Shown: piece after piece, positions 42,979 through 53,046 of the stretch
Layout of the letters: each line of letters opens with the position of its first letter
Position numbering within the stretch: the first letter of the stretch is position 1
NCBI GenBank assembly: GCA_031551965.1
Contig: JAVBMW010000027.1
Coordinates: forward strand, 5,808-69,807
Direction of reading: 5' to 3'
Origin: Holdemania sp.
Lineage (GTDB): Bacteria; Bacillota_I; Bacilli_A; Erysipelotrichales; Erysipelotrichaceae
Length of the DNA stretch: 64,000 nt
Made by a program: the position numbers and the translations under genes
Notes under the pieces: generated by a model
Told to the model about the DNA's origin: nothing
Seen by the model: only the letters and a program-made list of their open reading frames with translations
Database searches by the model: none

Positions 42979-43581
42979 GTGTATTTTGAATATAATCAGT
43001 TCCAATTGGATGAATTAAGAAATAAAGATCCAAAATTAAAAGAAGTAATTGATGAAATGGGATTTATTCAACGAGAAGTGATTCCCGATTTATTCGTCGC
43101 TTTGATCAATTCAATTGTCGGTCAACAAATTGCCGCAAAAGCTGCAGATACTGTCTGGAAAAGGATGTTAGATAAATTTAAGGATATTACCCCGGAAATA
43201 TTGAATGAAGCAAAACTAGAAGAAATTCAAGCTTGCGGAATGAGTTTTCGAAAAGCGCAGTATATTAAAAATGCAGCATCAAAAGTTTACAACAATGAGC
43301 TCGATTTAACGGCATTAAATGATTTAAGCGATAAAGAAGTGATCCAAACTTTGATTCAATTTGATGGAATTGGTGAATGGACTGCAGAGATGTTGATGAT
43401 TTTTTCAATGAACCGTTATAATATCTTGAGTTATAAAGATCTCGCAATTCAAAGAGGTTTGATGAATCTTTATCATCATCGTAAAATCACTAAAAAATTA
43501 TTTGCGAAATATCAAAGACGTTTTGATCCTTATAATAGTATTGCGAGTTTGTATTTGTGGCAGTTATCACACAAAGATTAG
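42979..43581 (+). CDS. DNA-3-methyladenine glycosylase II (AlkA-like, HhH-GPD)
   Basis: VYFEYNQFQLDELRNKDPKL start (GTG), SIVGQQIAAKAA, HhH GIGEWTAEM and DLAIQRG. Confidence 0.8.
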   Translation: MYFEYNQFQLDELRNKDPKLKEVIDEMGFIQREVIPDLFVALINSIVGQQIAAKAADTVWKRMLDKFKDITPEILNEAKLEEIQACGMSFRKAQYIKNAASKVYNNELDLTALNDLSDKEVIQTLIQFDGIGEWTAEMLMIFSMNRYNILSYKDLAIQRGLMNLYHHRKITKKLFAKYQRRFDPYNSIASLYLWQLSHKD

Positions 43582-43593
43582 GAGGAAGACAAA

Positions 43594-44064
43594 ATGAAAA
43601 ATGCGATTCTTGTAGAAACTAAAATTGGTGATTTTGCGATTGCTGAAGAAAACGGTAAAATCACAAATGTGTATCTTGATGGATTAATTCCGATTGATCA
43701 GTGCCGACTTAAATCGACTGCAATATTAAAAGAAGCAAAGAAACAATTGATCGAATATGTGGATCAAAAACGTACATTTTTTGATTTGCCTTATCATTTG
43801 GAAGGCACTGAATTTGAGAAAAAAGTCTGGATGCAACTCTGTGAAATTCCTTATGGTAAAGTGAAGAGTTATCAGGAAGTTGCTACTGAAATTGGTAATC
43901 CAAAAGCGACAAGAGCGGTAGGAAGGGCTAATGGATTAAATCCTATACCGATTTTTATACCTTGCCATCGTGTTATTGGCAAAAATGGAAAATTAGTTGG
44001 ATTCGCAGGAGGATTAACACTTAAAGAAACGTTATTGCAACTTGAATACAAGAAAAAAATATAA
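43594..44064 (+). CDS. ogt: Methylated-DNA-protein-cysteine methyltransferase
   Basis: Active site IPCHRVIG; YGKVKSYQEVA and NP-P. Confidence 0.9.
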   Translation: MKNAILVETKIGDFAIAEENGKITNVYLDGLIPIDQCRLKSTAILKEAKKQLIEYVDQKRTFFDLPYHLEGTEFEKKVWMQLCEIPYGKVKSYQEVATEIGNPKATRAVGRANGLNPIPIFIPCHRVIGKNGKLVGFAGGLTLKETLLQLEYKKKI

Positions 44065-44074
44065 TTTAGAAATC

Positions 44075-44097
44075 GTGCTTATTTAAAGCACTTTTTT
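44075..44097 (+). terminator. Intrinsic terminator after ogt
   Basis: gtgctt / aagcac stem followed by tttttt. Confidence 0.65.
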
Positions 44098-44207
44098 CTA
44101 TTTAAAGAAATATTAAAGTATTTCTTAAGTTATTGAATGTTGTGATATTTGTATATTAAGATGCAATGTTTTTTGTTATAATATGAAAAGAAAATAGGGA
44201 GTATTCC

Positions 44208-44744
44208 ATGATCAAAACTTTATTTAAACCAAAAACTTATATTCGAAGTGTCTATGAATTAAATTTAGAGGCATTAGTGAAAGATGGATATAAGCTGCTT
44301 CTTTGTGATATCGATAATACTTTAGTCGGTTTTAAGGAACAAGTTCCACCTACAAGGGCTATGGAATTTTTTATGAGTTGCCATAAATTAGGTATCAAAT
44401 TAATTTTGGTATCAAATAATAATGAAAAAAGAGTTGTACCCTTTGCGGATGCAGCAGGTGTAGAATGCACCTTCTTTTCATTGAAACCATTAAAGGGAAC
44501 TTACAAAAAAATACTTAAAGAAACAGGGTATAACGCAAAGGAAACTGCTTGTGTAGGAGATCAGATTATTACTGACGTACTTGGCGGTAATAGAATGAAT
44601 ATCCATACTATATTCTGTGATCGGATCGTTGATTCGGATAGTATCCAAACTAAAATAAACCGTACTGTTGAAAGTGTCATTTTAAAAATATTAACTGCTC
44701 AAAATGAGTTTAAACAAGGAGAATATTATGGTTACAAAATGTAA
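44208..44744 (+). CDS. yqeG: YqeG-family HAD-IIIA phosphatase
   Basis: LLCDIDNTL, VSNN and GDQIITDVLGGN. It is the first gene of a yqeG-yqeH-type operon. Confidence 0.85.
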   Translation: MIKTLFKPKTYIRSVYELNLEALVKDGYKLLLCDIDNTLVGFKEQVPPTRAMEFFMSCHKLGIKLILVSNNNEKRVVPFADAAGVECTFFSLKPLKGTYKKILKETGYNAKETACVGDQIITDVLGGNRMNIHTIFCDRIVDSDSIQTKINRTVESVILKILTAQNEFKQGEYYGYKM

Positions 44745-45783
44745 GGGATGTGGAATAATTATTCAAAATAATGATCCCAATACTTTAGGTTATAGTCCTA
44801 AGATCGATTCTAAATATTGTCAACGTTGTTTTCGATTAACTCATTATGATGATTTAATGATTTCAATGAAAAAAGATATGGATGAAGATACAGTTATGAA
44901 AGAAATGAGACAACATGATGGTTTGATTGTTTGGGTCATGGATTGTTTCGATTTGGAAGCGGGATTACTTCAAGGAATGAACCGTCATTTTATAGGACGC
45001 GATATTTTGGTTGTTGCAACTAAAATCGATTTATTACCTAAAACAGTAGGGAAAGAGAAATTAGAAAAATTTATTTTGTCTCGTTTTAAAGAAGCTAATT
45101 TTAAAGTAAAAGGTTTGTGTTTTGTTGCAAAAGACAACAAAGCAGATTTAGAAGATTGTATGCGTCTAATCGATTTAATGAGAGAAGACAAAGCAGTTTT
45201 GTTTATGGGTAAAGCAAATGCAGGAAAAAGCACTTTACTTAATGGACTTTTGAATCAAAATGAATTAACGGTAACGCGATATCCAGGAACTACTTTGGAA
45301 TTTAATCCGATTCAAGTGAATGATACAACGTATTATGATACTCCAGGGTTAGTCAATCAATATAGTTTACTAATGAAAGTGAAAGATGAAGACCTTAAGT
45401 ATGTAATTCCTGATAAAACAGTAAAACCACAAATATTTCAACTGTGGGAGAATCAAAGTTATGCGATTGGTGGTTTGTGCAGAATCGATATAGAAACTAA
45501 TCAGGAAACTTCCGCAGTATTTTATATCAGTAATCGATTGGAAGTTCATCGAGGAAAAATCGATAAAGCAGACGACTTATGGTTGAAACATCAGGGTGAA
45601 ATATTAATTCCGAGTGTTGAAGAAACATTTAGTGAATTTAAAAGAGTATGTTTTAATCAGATAGATAAAAAAAGTGATGTAGTCATCCATGGACTTGGTT
45701 GGCTGATGATCAACAAAGCATCAAAAGTAACCGTATATGTACCAAGTAATGTCGAAGTGACGCTTAGAAAGGCGATGATTTAA
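44728..45783 (+). CDS. yqeH: Ribosome biogenesis GTPase YqeH
   Basis: N-terminal Zn-ribbon CKGCG ... CQRC; permuted GTPase motifs (ATKIDLL, GKANAGKST, DTPG). Confidence 0.9.
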   Translation: MVTKCKGCGIIIQNNDPNTLGYSPKIDSKYCQRCFRLTHYDDLMISMKKDMDEDTVMKEMRQHDGLIVWVMDCFDLEAGLLQGMNRHFIGRDILVVATKIDLLPKTVGKEKLEKFILSRFKEANFKVKGLCFVAKDNKADLEDCMRLIDLMREDKAVLFMGKANAGKSTLLNGLLNQNELTVTRYPGTTLEFNPIQVNDTTYYDTPGLVNQYSLLMKVKDEDLKYVIPDKTVKPQIFQLWENQSYAIGGLCRIDIETNQETSAVFYISNRLEVHRGKIDKADDLWLKHQGEILIPSVEETFSEFKRVCFNQIDKKSDVVIHGLGWLMINKASKVTVYVPSNVEVTLRKAMI

Positions 45784-46070
45784 TGTTAAATAATAAACAA
45801 AAAAGCTATTTGAAATCTTTAGCGAATTCTAAAAGAGCATTGTTTCAAGTAGGAAAAGATGGATGTACACCAAATTTATTCAAAACTGTTGATGATTCTT
45901 TAACTGCGCATGAATTATTAAAAATATCGATTTTAAAAACATGTGCAAGTGATGTAAGAGAGGTAGCTTTTGATATTGCTGCTGCGACAAAAAGTGAAGT
46001 AGTTCAAATTATTGGAAGAACAATCGTTTTGTATCGTGCAAGTAAAGAAAGAAAAATACAATTACCATGA
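45783..46070 (+). CDS. YhbY/YqeI-like CRM-domain RNA-binding protein
   Basis: LNNKQKSYLKSLA ... FQVGKDG ... HELLKI pattern, with conserved operon position. Confidence 0.8.
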   Translation: MLNNKQKSYLKSLANSKRALFQVGKDGCTPNLFKTVDDSLTAHELLKISILKTCASDVREVAFDIAAATKSEVVQIIGRTIVLYRASKERKIQLP

Positions 46071-47098
46071 GAAAAGTTGCGATCTTAGGAGGTACATTTG
46101 ATCCAATCCATAAAGGACATTTGGAACTCGCAAAAACAGCGTTAAAAATGTGTGGATTAGACGAAGTATGGTTTATTCCTACCTTTAAAACACCTTTAAA
46201 AGATCGCGAAATTACTTCATTTGAAGTTCGTGTTAAAATGATCAAGGCTGCCATTGCACCTTATCGTAAAATGAAGGTATGTTTAGTTGAAAGATATTTG
46301 CCTAGTCCTAGTTATTCCATCAATACAGTGGATAAATTAAAAAAAGAAAATCCAAATTATGATTTTTATTGGATCATCGGTGATGATCAATATGTTCAAT
46401 TGGATAAATGGCATCAAAGTGATCGTTTCAGAAAAGAAGTGAAGATCATTTGTTTTCATCGTAATAATCAACTTGATCAAAAAGCAGATGATATTCTTTT
46501 CGTTGAAGATTTTTGCGTCCCTGTGAGTTCAACAGAAGTAAGAGAAGGTAATTTGGGTCTAACAGTAAAAAGTGTGCGAAATATTATTTTTAATGAACAT
46601 TTGTATACAGAAGAAATATGTCGTTCTATGATGGGTGATCACCGATATAAACACAGTGTTTCAGTAGCAAATGTTTGTATTACTTTAGCTGCAAAGCATG
46701 GTGTGAATTGTAATAAAGCTTTTTTAGCTGGAATATATCATGATATTTTTAAGGAAATGGATTCACAAGAATGTGAAAAAATTATGCGATCAAGTTTTGT
46801 ACAATATATAGATGAACCAAAAGCCATATGGCATCAATGGCTTGCGGTATATTGGCTGAAACATCATTGTTACTTTTATGATCATGATGTCCTAAAAGCA
46901 ATTGAAAATCATGTTCAAGGCAATGGAAAAGGTAAGCTATCTAAAATCTTATATTTAGCAGATAAAATCGATCCTAGTCGTGGTTACGATTCTACAGAAC
47001 TAATGAAATTAAGCTGCATTGATTTAGATAAAGCTGTTTCTTTAGTCAAGTTACAACAACAAGAATATTTGAACAAGGAGAAGAAACATGCAGTCTAA
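46067..47098 (+). CDS. nadD: Fused nicotinate-nucleotide adenylyltransferase (NadD) + HD-domain YqeK
   Basis: N-terminal GGTFDPIHKGH and SSTEVR. The C-terminal half has HSVSVANV ... YHDIFKE (HD) ... LADKIDPSR. It is a single ORF of 343 aa. Confidence 0.85.
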   Translation: MRKVAILGGTFDPIHKGHLELAKTALKMCGLDEVWFIPTFKTPLKDREITSFEVRVKMIKAAIAPYRKMKVCLVERYLPSPSYSINTVDKLKKENPNYDFYWIIGDDQYVQLDKWHQSDRFRKEVKIICFHRNNQLDQKADDILFVEDFCVPVSSTEVREGNLGLTVKSVRNIIFNEHLYTEEICRSMMGDHRYKHSVSVANVCITLAAKHGVNCNKAFLAGIYHDIFKEMDSQECEKIMRSSFVQYIDEPKAIWHQWLAVYWLKHHCYFYDHDVLKAIENHVQGNGKGKLSKILYLADKIDPSRGYDSTELMKLSCIDLDKAVSLVKLQQQEYLNKEKKHAV

Positions 47099-47426
47099 TA
47101 TAAGTAAAATTGCAAATGAATTGGATAAGCATCATGCAACTAAAATCAATGTATTAGATTTTCAAAAAGTGAGTGCTGATTTTGATTACTTTGTGATCGC
47201 AAGTTGTAGTAATAGTCGTTTGGCTTGGTCAGTTGTTAGCTATCTTGAAGAAATGATTGCCAATGAGTCGATGACTATTCGTAAAATTGAAGGAAATAGT
47301 CAAAGTCGATGGATATTAGTGGATTGTTATGATGTGGTTATCCATTTGTTTGTTGAGGAAGAGAGAGATATTGTTCAGTTGGAATCACTCTGGTGTGATA
47401 TCCCTAGAATGAAGGTGAGTTTTTGA
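47088..47426 (+). CDS. rsfS: Ribosomal silencing factor RsfS
   Basis: DYFVIASCSNSRL ... WILVDCYDVVIHLF pattern and operon position. Confidence 0.85.
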   Translation: MQSNISKIANELDKHHATKINVLDFQKVSADFDYFVIASCSNSRLAWSVVSYLEEMIANESMTIRKIEGNSQSRWILVDCYDVVIHLFVEEERDIVQLESLWCDIPRMKVSF

Positions 47427-48121
47427 ATTACGATGAATTGGCTAAAATCTATGATGGTTTAGTAAAAGACGATGAAGCTACAAAGAAATGGTGTGAATAT
47501 ACTATAAGTAGAGTAGTTGGAAAAGACATTCTTGAGCTAGCCTGTGGATCTGCGGAAATCACACTTGCATTAGCGAAACAAGGATATCGAATCTTGGCAA
47601 GTGATTTATCAGAAAGAATGATCGAACAGGCAATGATCAAAGATGCAGACCACCTAGTAGAATTCGTAGTAGCCGATATGATTCAATTTGATTTTCAAAG
47701 AAAGTTTGATGCCGTTATATGTTATTGTGATAGTATCAATTATCTTAACAGCTTAGATGAATTTGTACAAATGCTTCGATGTGTTAAGAAACATTTGAAT
47801 GACCATGGTGTATTTTTATTTGATATTCATTCACTGGATCGTCTTGTTGAGTTTGAAGAAGAATTTTTAGAGGAAGGGATACTTGATGATGTCCAATATC
47901 AATGGTCGATTCAAAGCGATGAAAATAGGCTCTATCATCATTTTGGTTTCTGGCATGAAGGTCAGTTTAGTCAAGAAAACCATATACAAACTGTTTTCGA
48001 TCCAAATAAGATTATTTCCATTTTGGAAAATGAAGGCTTTGAAGTTGAAGTGATGACCGATTTTGATACTCCTGGAATCAATGAAGGAGAAAAGATATTT
48101 ATTGGAGGTAAAAAAATATGA
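47423..48121 (+). CDS. Class I SAM-dependent methyltransferase (YqeM-like)
   Basis: Motif I ILELACGSAE. TTG start overlapping the rsfS stop. Confidence 0.75.
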   Translation: MNYDELAKIYDGLVKDDEATKKWCEYTISRVVGKDILELACGSAEITLALAKQGYRILASDLSERMIEQAMIKDADHLVEFVVADMIQFDFQRKFDAVICYCDSINYLNSLDEFVQMLRCVKKHLNDHGVFLFDIHSLDRLVEFEEEFLEEGILDDVQYQWSIQSDENRLYHHFGFWHEGQFSQENHIQTVFDPNKIISILENEGFEVEVMTDFDTPGINEGEKIFIGGKKI

Positions 48122-48816
48122 TCGCTATAATTGCAGCAATGGAAGAAGAAGTAAACGCAATATGTCAACGCATGGACAAAGTGGAAAAACACACAATACG
48201 AAATGTCAAATTTTATGAGGGAAAGCTATCCGGTAAAGAAGTTGTTACTATGCAAAGTGGTGTTGGAAAAGTTTCGGCCGCAATGAGTACAACACTACTT
48301 TTAGATCATTATGAAGTAGATTGCGTTGTCAATATTGGCACGGCAGGAGGACTTCTTGAGTCTCAGGAGGTATTGGATGTTGTAATTTCCACCAAAGTCG
48401 CTCATCATGATGTGGATGTATCTGCCTTTAATTGGCCTCGTGGATTTGACCAAGATAAAACATGTTACAAAGCAGATGAAAAATGCGTTGAGCTAATTAA
48501 AAGTATTATTGAAGAAAAAGATCGCGTCTGGGTAGGTCCAATCGCCTCAGGAGATAGTTTTATTTCTACTGCTGCTCAAGTTAATGAGATAAAAAAATAT
48601 TATCCTGAAGCTATGTGTGCAGAAATGGAAGCGGCAGCAGTTGCTCAGGTTTGTAATCTTTTCAATAAACCATTTGTTGTGGTCCGTTCACTTAGTGATA
48701 TTACACTAGTTAAAGACAACCATTTGACTTTCAATGAATATGTTGTTTTGGCAAGTGAAAGAAGTGCTTTGTGGTGTGACAAATTTGTAGCTAAGTATTA
48801 CAATAAAGAGGACTAA
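48118..48816 (+). CDS. mtnN: 5'-methylthioadenosine/S-adenosylhomocysteine nucleosidase
   Basis: MIAIIAAMEEE start, GVGKVSAA, GTAGG, EMEAAAVAQV and VVRSLSD. Confidence 0.9.
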   Translation: MIAIIAAMEEEVNAICQRMDKVEKHTIRNVKFYEGKLSGKEVVTMQSGVGKVSAAMSTTLLLDHYEVDCVVNIGTAGGLLESQEVLDVVISTKVAHHDVDVSAFNWPRGFDQDKTCYKADEKCVELIKSIIEEKDRVWVGPIASGDSFISTAAQVNEIKKYYPEAMCAEMEAAAVAQVCNLFNKPFVVVRSLSDITLVKDNHLTFNEYVVLASERSALWCDKFVAKYYNKED

Positions 48817-48817
48817 T

Positions 48818-49414
48818 ATGGATATAATTACCGATTGGATAAAACGTTTATCATCGATTGATTTTTGGATTCAGTTTTTGGATGCATTTCAAAATCTTGG
48901 ACCTCTTGCCCCAATCTTACTCGCGTTAATAGAATCATTAATCCCAGCGTTACCCTTAGTTGCGATTGTTGCATTCAATATAGCGTCTCACGGTGTTGTT
49001 GCAGGATTTATTTATTCTTGGATCGGTTCTTTACTTGGTAGTATTATCGTATTTAGTTTTTTCAGATATGTAATGCGTGCTCATTTTTCAAGCTATATTG
49101 AAAAAAGCCCAAAATTGACTAAAGCATTGAATTGGGTTGCAGGCATTAATATGCAAACTTTATTTCTTATTTCAATGATGCCTTTTACTCCTAGTTCATT
49201 TGTCAATGTTGCATTTGGATTATCTAAATTTAATCCTAAAATATTTATTGCGACAATCTCGGTGGCAAAATTATTCATGATGGCGACACTTGCCTTTTTT
49301 GGGAATAGCGTTGTCCTAGCATTAGAAAATCCATGGTATCTTCTCATGGCTGGAGGAACATTATTGGCTTTGTATTTAGTTTCTCGTTATATTAATAAAA
49401 AACATGATCTGTAA
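48818..49414 (+). CDS. TVP38/TMEM64 (DedA/SNARE-associated) family membrane protein
   Basis: Polytopic, with P-LP--- and GSLLGS--- patterns typical of the family. Confidence 0.65.
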   Translation: MDIITDWIKRLSSIDFWIQFLDAFQNLGPLAPILLALIESLIPALPLVAIVAFNIASHGVVAGFIYSWIGSLLGSIIVFSFFRYVMRAHFSSYIEKSPKLTKALNWVAGINMQTLFLISMMPFTPSSFVNVAFGLSKFNPKIFIATISVAKLFMMATLAFFGNSVVLALENPWYLLMAGGTLLALYLVSRYINKKHDL

Positions 49415-49426
49415 GGGGGAAAATTT

Positions 49427-50590
49427 ATGGATGCAAAAACTTTTTTAGAAAACTACAAAGTAGAACGAAGAGATTCTCAATGTGTGAAGTGGAACAACTT
49501 AAATACATTTGAGGATCAAGATTTGATTCCAGTTTGTATTGCGGATGCTGATTTCAAAGTGTCTGAAAAAATACAGGAAGCTTTAATGAAGAAAGTTGAA
49601 TTTGGTGTTTTTGGTTATAATATCGTTCCAAAAAGCTATATTGAAGCATTACAAGCTTGGGAAAAGGAAAACTATCATTATGAAATAGATTCTTCATGGT
49701 TACGTTTTTCTCATGGTGTTGTCAATATTTTATCTTATGTGATAAGTAGTTTTACAAGCGTTGGTGACGAAATTTTAATTTTAAGCCCTGTTTATCCACC
49801 TTTCTCTAATTCAGTAGGATCACTTGATCGAAAAGTGGTTTCCTGTGAATTAAAAAGAGTAGATGATACATATAAAATTGATTTTTCATTGTTAGAAGAA
49901 ACTTTAAAAAATCATAACATTCGTTTATTTATTCATTGCAATCCCCATAATCCAATTGGTCGAGTTTGGACTAAAGAGGAACAAGAAAAAATAGTTTCAT
50001 TGATGAAAAAATATAATGTTTTGGTTTTAAGTGATGAAATTCATCAAGATTTATGTTTAACTAGTACCCATTTTCCAACTGTACTAGCTTTAGATAAAAG
50101 TTATTCACATCGCATATTAACTGCAACATCAAATAGTAAAACATTTAATCTGGCAGGATGCTCAGTAGCTCAAATTATGATTGAAGATGAAGAATTAAGA
50201 AATCAATATGACAAAGTAGTAAAGGCAATCAATCATGGTGCTGTAGATATTTGTGGATATACTGCTTCAGAAGCAGGGTATCGTTATGGAAAGCATTGGC
50301 TATCAGGTTTATTAGAAGTTATAAAAGAAAACTATGCGATTTTAAAGGAAGGTTTAAAAGACACTAATATTGGCGTAACTAAACTGGAAGGAACATATCT
50401 TGCTTGGCTTGATTTGAACGAATATTTTACTTACGATGAATTAAAGGATGTTATTATTAATCAAGCACATATCCATCCAAACTTTGGTTCAGTCTTTGGT
50501 GAGTCGGGTAATGGCTTTATACGCATTAACTTAGCAACATATCCTGAGAATATTGAAGAAGTTGTATGTCGGATTAAAAAAGTATTGTAA
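49427..50590 (+). CDS. PatB/MalY-type PLP-dependent C-S lyase (aminotransferase class I/II)
   Basis: VKWN, ADADFKV, NPHNPIGRVW, SDEIH and SNSKTFNLAG (PLP Lys) motifs. Confidence 0.85.
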   Translation: MDAKTFLENYKVERRDSQCVKWNNLNTFEDQDLIPVCIADADFKVSEKIQEALMKKVEFGVFGYNIVPKSYIEALQAWEKENYHYEIDSSWLRFSHGVVNILSYVISSFTSVGDEILILSPVYPPFSNSVGSLDRKVVSCELKRVDDTYKIDFSLLEETLKNHNIRLFIHCNPHNPIGRVWTKEEQEKIVSLMKKYNVLVLSDEIHQDLCLTSTHFPTVLALDKSYSHRILTATSNSKTFNLAGCSVAQIMIEDEELRNQYDKVVKAINHGAVDICGYTASEAGYRYGKHWLSGLLEVIKENYAILKEGLKDTNIGVTKLEGTYLAWLDLNEYFTYDELKDVIINQAHIHPNFGSVFGESGNGFIRINLATYPENIEEVVCRIKKVL

Positions 50591-50621
50591 AAAAAATGAA
50601 CGTCGTTTAGATGTTCATTTT
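50589..50621. terminator. Bidirectional terminator
   Basis: aatgaac / gttcatt stem between an A-run and a T-run, shared by convergent genes. Confidence 0.6.
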
Positions 50622-51240
50622 ATTGATTAGGTTGTTCAATAAGCTCACCAACATCTTCAATATGCCCAGTCCATATCTCATTAGCAATCATCCAGGTTTT
50701 TAGACTTAATGAATCAATTGGACTATCGCTTTTCCACTGGTGAACTGAAATAATTTCTTTAGTGTTGAGTGATGTATATTTTGTTGCGACAAATGCAGGA
50801 ACAGTTTCTATGTTCCATTCTTCTTTTAATCGTGCAGGTGTCCAATCAGAAGATAAACTTGCGATATCTACATATTCCAAAACTTCGATTTTATCAACTT
50901 TCAATTCTGCCGCAAGAGGTTTAAGAACATACTCATTAACGAAATCACAATCGGGATTACCTACAGTACAAAAGTAAAAATAATGTATTTCTTCTGTAAA
51001 TTCTTCTGCTTCTTTTGCAGATAATGTATTTTCATTTGAAGTGACTGGTTCAGTAGTTGAACCTGCAGTACTATTCAGCATCATTCTATTCGCTAAAACT
51101 TGATTATTATCGACAACTGCAAGAACTGTAGTTTCCTGAATACTGGCAGCTTGTTTGGGTTCAAATATACGATAACCTGTTAGGGCAAGACTACTTAACC
51201 ATATAGTTAATAGTACAGATGTAACTATTTTTTTAAACAT
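50620..51240 (-). CDS. Membrane-anchored secreted protein, possible thioredoxin-like fold without CxxC
   Basis: N-terminal TM/signal. The C-terminal IHYFYFCTVGNPDCDF ... VPAF is loosely thioredoxin-like. The functional assignment is weak. Confidence 0.4.
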   Translation of the reverse strand: MFKKIVTSVLLTIWLSSLALTGYRIFEPKQAASIQETTVLAVVDNNQVLANRMMLNSTAGSTTEPVTSNENTLSAKEAEEFTEEIHYFYFCTVGNPDCDFVNEYVLKPLAAELKVDKIEVLEYVDIASLSSDWTPARLKEEWNIETVPAFVATKYTSLNTKEIISVHQWKSDSPIDSLSLKTWMIANEIWTGHIEDVGELIEQPNQ

Positions 51241-51355
51241 GGTATTCCTCCTATACGTTAACAGTCTAACATTTTTAAATTAAGTTTGCAAATATCAATA
51301 AAAAAAGTGCTGTTGCTCATTTAATTTGGTATAATGGAAAACACGAGGTGATAAA

Positions 51356-51829
51356 ATGAAAAAAAGGTTAATTTCATTACTGATTACAGCTTTTCTAATA
51401 TTTTCACTTTTGTTCATTTGGTATATGATAAATACCAAATATTTCCTCGGATCATATTATAAAAATCGTTATGAAGATTCTAAAATTGTTGAACAAATGA
51501 TGAATAAATTATTAATTAAAAATTATGAGTTTATAAATACTCATAGTATGGAAGAATTAGTATATATTGTTGAAGTAATGGAAAATGATGCTGAAAATAT
51601 CGTGTGGTTTAATAAAGATTTAATGCTTTTAGCTAGAAAGCCATTATCCAGTTATAATGAAAAAATGATATTATCTAAGGCAACTGAATTAAATGTTGCT
51701 GATGCAGAAATTAAATTAGGTTTTTACAACAATAATCCAGTCATTGTTTTAGTGACTAAACAAAATGAAATTATTTTGAACTATGATACTTTGGAAGTTG
51801 TATTGATTTTTAATAAGAAAGTGGTGTAA
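51356..51829 (+). CDS. Membrane-anchored protein (YpmB-like by position)
   Basis: N-terminal TM, about 157 aa, located upstream of dnaD-nth as ypmB-region genes are in Bacillus. No motif was recognised. Confidence 0.4.
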   Translation: MKKRLISLLITAFLIFSLLFIWYMINTKYFLGSYYKNRYEDSKIVEQMMNKLLIKNYEFINTHSMEELVYIVEVMENDAENIVWFNKDLMLLARKPLSSYNEKMILSKATELNVADAEIKLGFYNNNPVIVLVTKQNEIILNYDTLEVVLIFNKKVV

Positions 51830-51835
51830 TCAGTT

Positions 51836-52384
51836 ATGAAGTGGTACAAGCATACATATATCAATAAAACAAATTGGATAATAGAAAATTATGGCGCTTT
51901 AAAATTATCGAGTTTAGAAGGAATTTTAGTTATGATTATCAATCATGCTAATGAAAACGGAATAAGTTTATCAATGGAAAAACTAGTGAAGATGAGTAAT
52001 CTAACACAAAGCGAAGTTGATAAATCAATTTCGCTTTTATGTGCTAAACAATATTTAGTGATCAAGGCAACAGCGAAAGAATTGGATTTTGACTTGAGTG
52101 GTTTATTTGAAGCTGAAGTTACGAAAAGTGAAAAAGTGGTTAATCAATCAGCTTATGATTTATTTGAAGTAGAGTTTGCAAGACCACTAAGTCAAAATGA
52201 ATTGACTCAATTATCAGATTGGCTCCATCTTTATGATCAGAAGCTAATCAATTTAGCTTTAAAAGAAGCGAGTCTTTATAAAAAGCTAAGTATGCCATAC
52301 ATTGCCAGTATTTTAGATTCATGGTCTAAGAAATCATTTACAGCGGCAATGATCGAGAAAGGAAAACATCTTGAAAAAGAGTGA
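51836..52384 (+). CDS. dnaD: DnaD-domain replication initiation/remodelling protein
   Basis: C-terminal DnaD-type repeat (FEVEFARPLSQNELTQLSDWL ... YIASILDSW); position upstream of nth. Confidence 0.75.
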   Translation: MKWYKHTYINKTNWIIENYGALKLSSLEGILVMIINHANENGISLSMEKLVKMSNLTQSEVDKSISLLCAKQYLVIKATAKELDFDLSGLFEAEVTKSEKVVNQSAYDLFEVEFARPLSQNELTQLSDWLHLYDQKLINLALKEASLYKKLSMPYIASILDSWSKKSFTAAMIEKGKHLEKE

Positions 52385-53006
52385 GTTTATTTTAGATATA
52401 TTAAAGAAACAATTTCCAGATGCACAATGTGAATTGTTGCATGAGGATGCTTTTCAGCTTGCAGTAGCAGTTGTTTTATCAGCACAGGCTACAGATGTAT
52501 CGGTAAATAAAGTAACGCCTAGTTTATTTAAAATGTATCCTGATGCAAAAAGTATGGCAAAAGCTAGTATCAATGATTTAGAAACTCATATTAAAACAAT
52601 TGGTCTTTATCACAACAAGGCAAAAAGTATTCTAGGCTTAGCTCAAAAAGTAGTTAGTGACTATGACGGAATCATGCCGCATACAATGGATGAATTGATA
52701 AAATTACCAGGAGTAGGCAGAAAAAGCGCCAATGTGATCTTATCTGAATGTTTTGGTATTCCAGCCATTGCAGTCGATACCCACGTAGAACGCATCAGTA
52801 AGCGCCTAGGATTAGCTAAGATAGATGATTCAGTACTTGAAGTTGAAAAGAAGTTAATGAAATCAATTAAAAAAGAAGAATGGACAAATACTCATCATTT
52901 GTTTATCTTCTTTGGCCGATACTTCTGTAAAGCAAAAAACCCCATGTGTTACGAATGTAAATTAATTGATATTTGTAAAGAAAAAAAGAAAAACTTACTA
53001 AATTAA
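52371..53006 (+). CDS. nth: Endonuclease III
   Basis: HhH LPGVGRKSANV, catalytic-Lys context, DTHV and the Fe-S cluster C-x6-C-x2-C-x5-C (CKAKNPMCYECKLIDIC). Confidence 0.9.
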   Translation: MKKSEFILDILKKQFPDAQCELLHEDAFQLAVAVVLSAQATDVSVNKVTPSLFKMYPDAKSMAKASINDLETHIKTIGLYHNKAKSILGLAQKVVSDYDGIMPHTMDELIKLPGVGRKSANVILSECFGIPAIAVDTHVERISKRLGLAKIDDSVLEVEKKLMKSIKKEEWTNTHHLFIFFGRYFCKAKNPMCYECKLIDICKEKKKNLLN

Positions 53007-53018
53007 TATATATAGTAA

Positions 53019-53046
53019 AAAAGGATCATTTTATTTTGATCCTTTT
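53019..53046. terminator. Bidirectional terminator between nth and the TPR gene
   Basis: aaaaggatc / gatcctttt stem. Confidence 0.7.
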
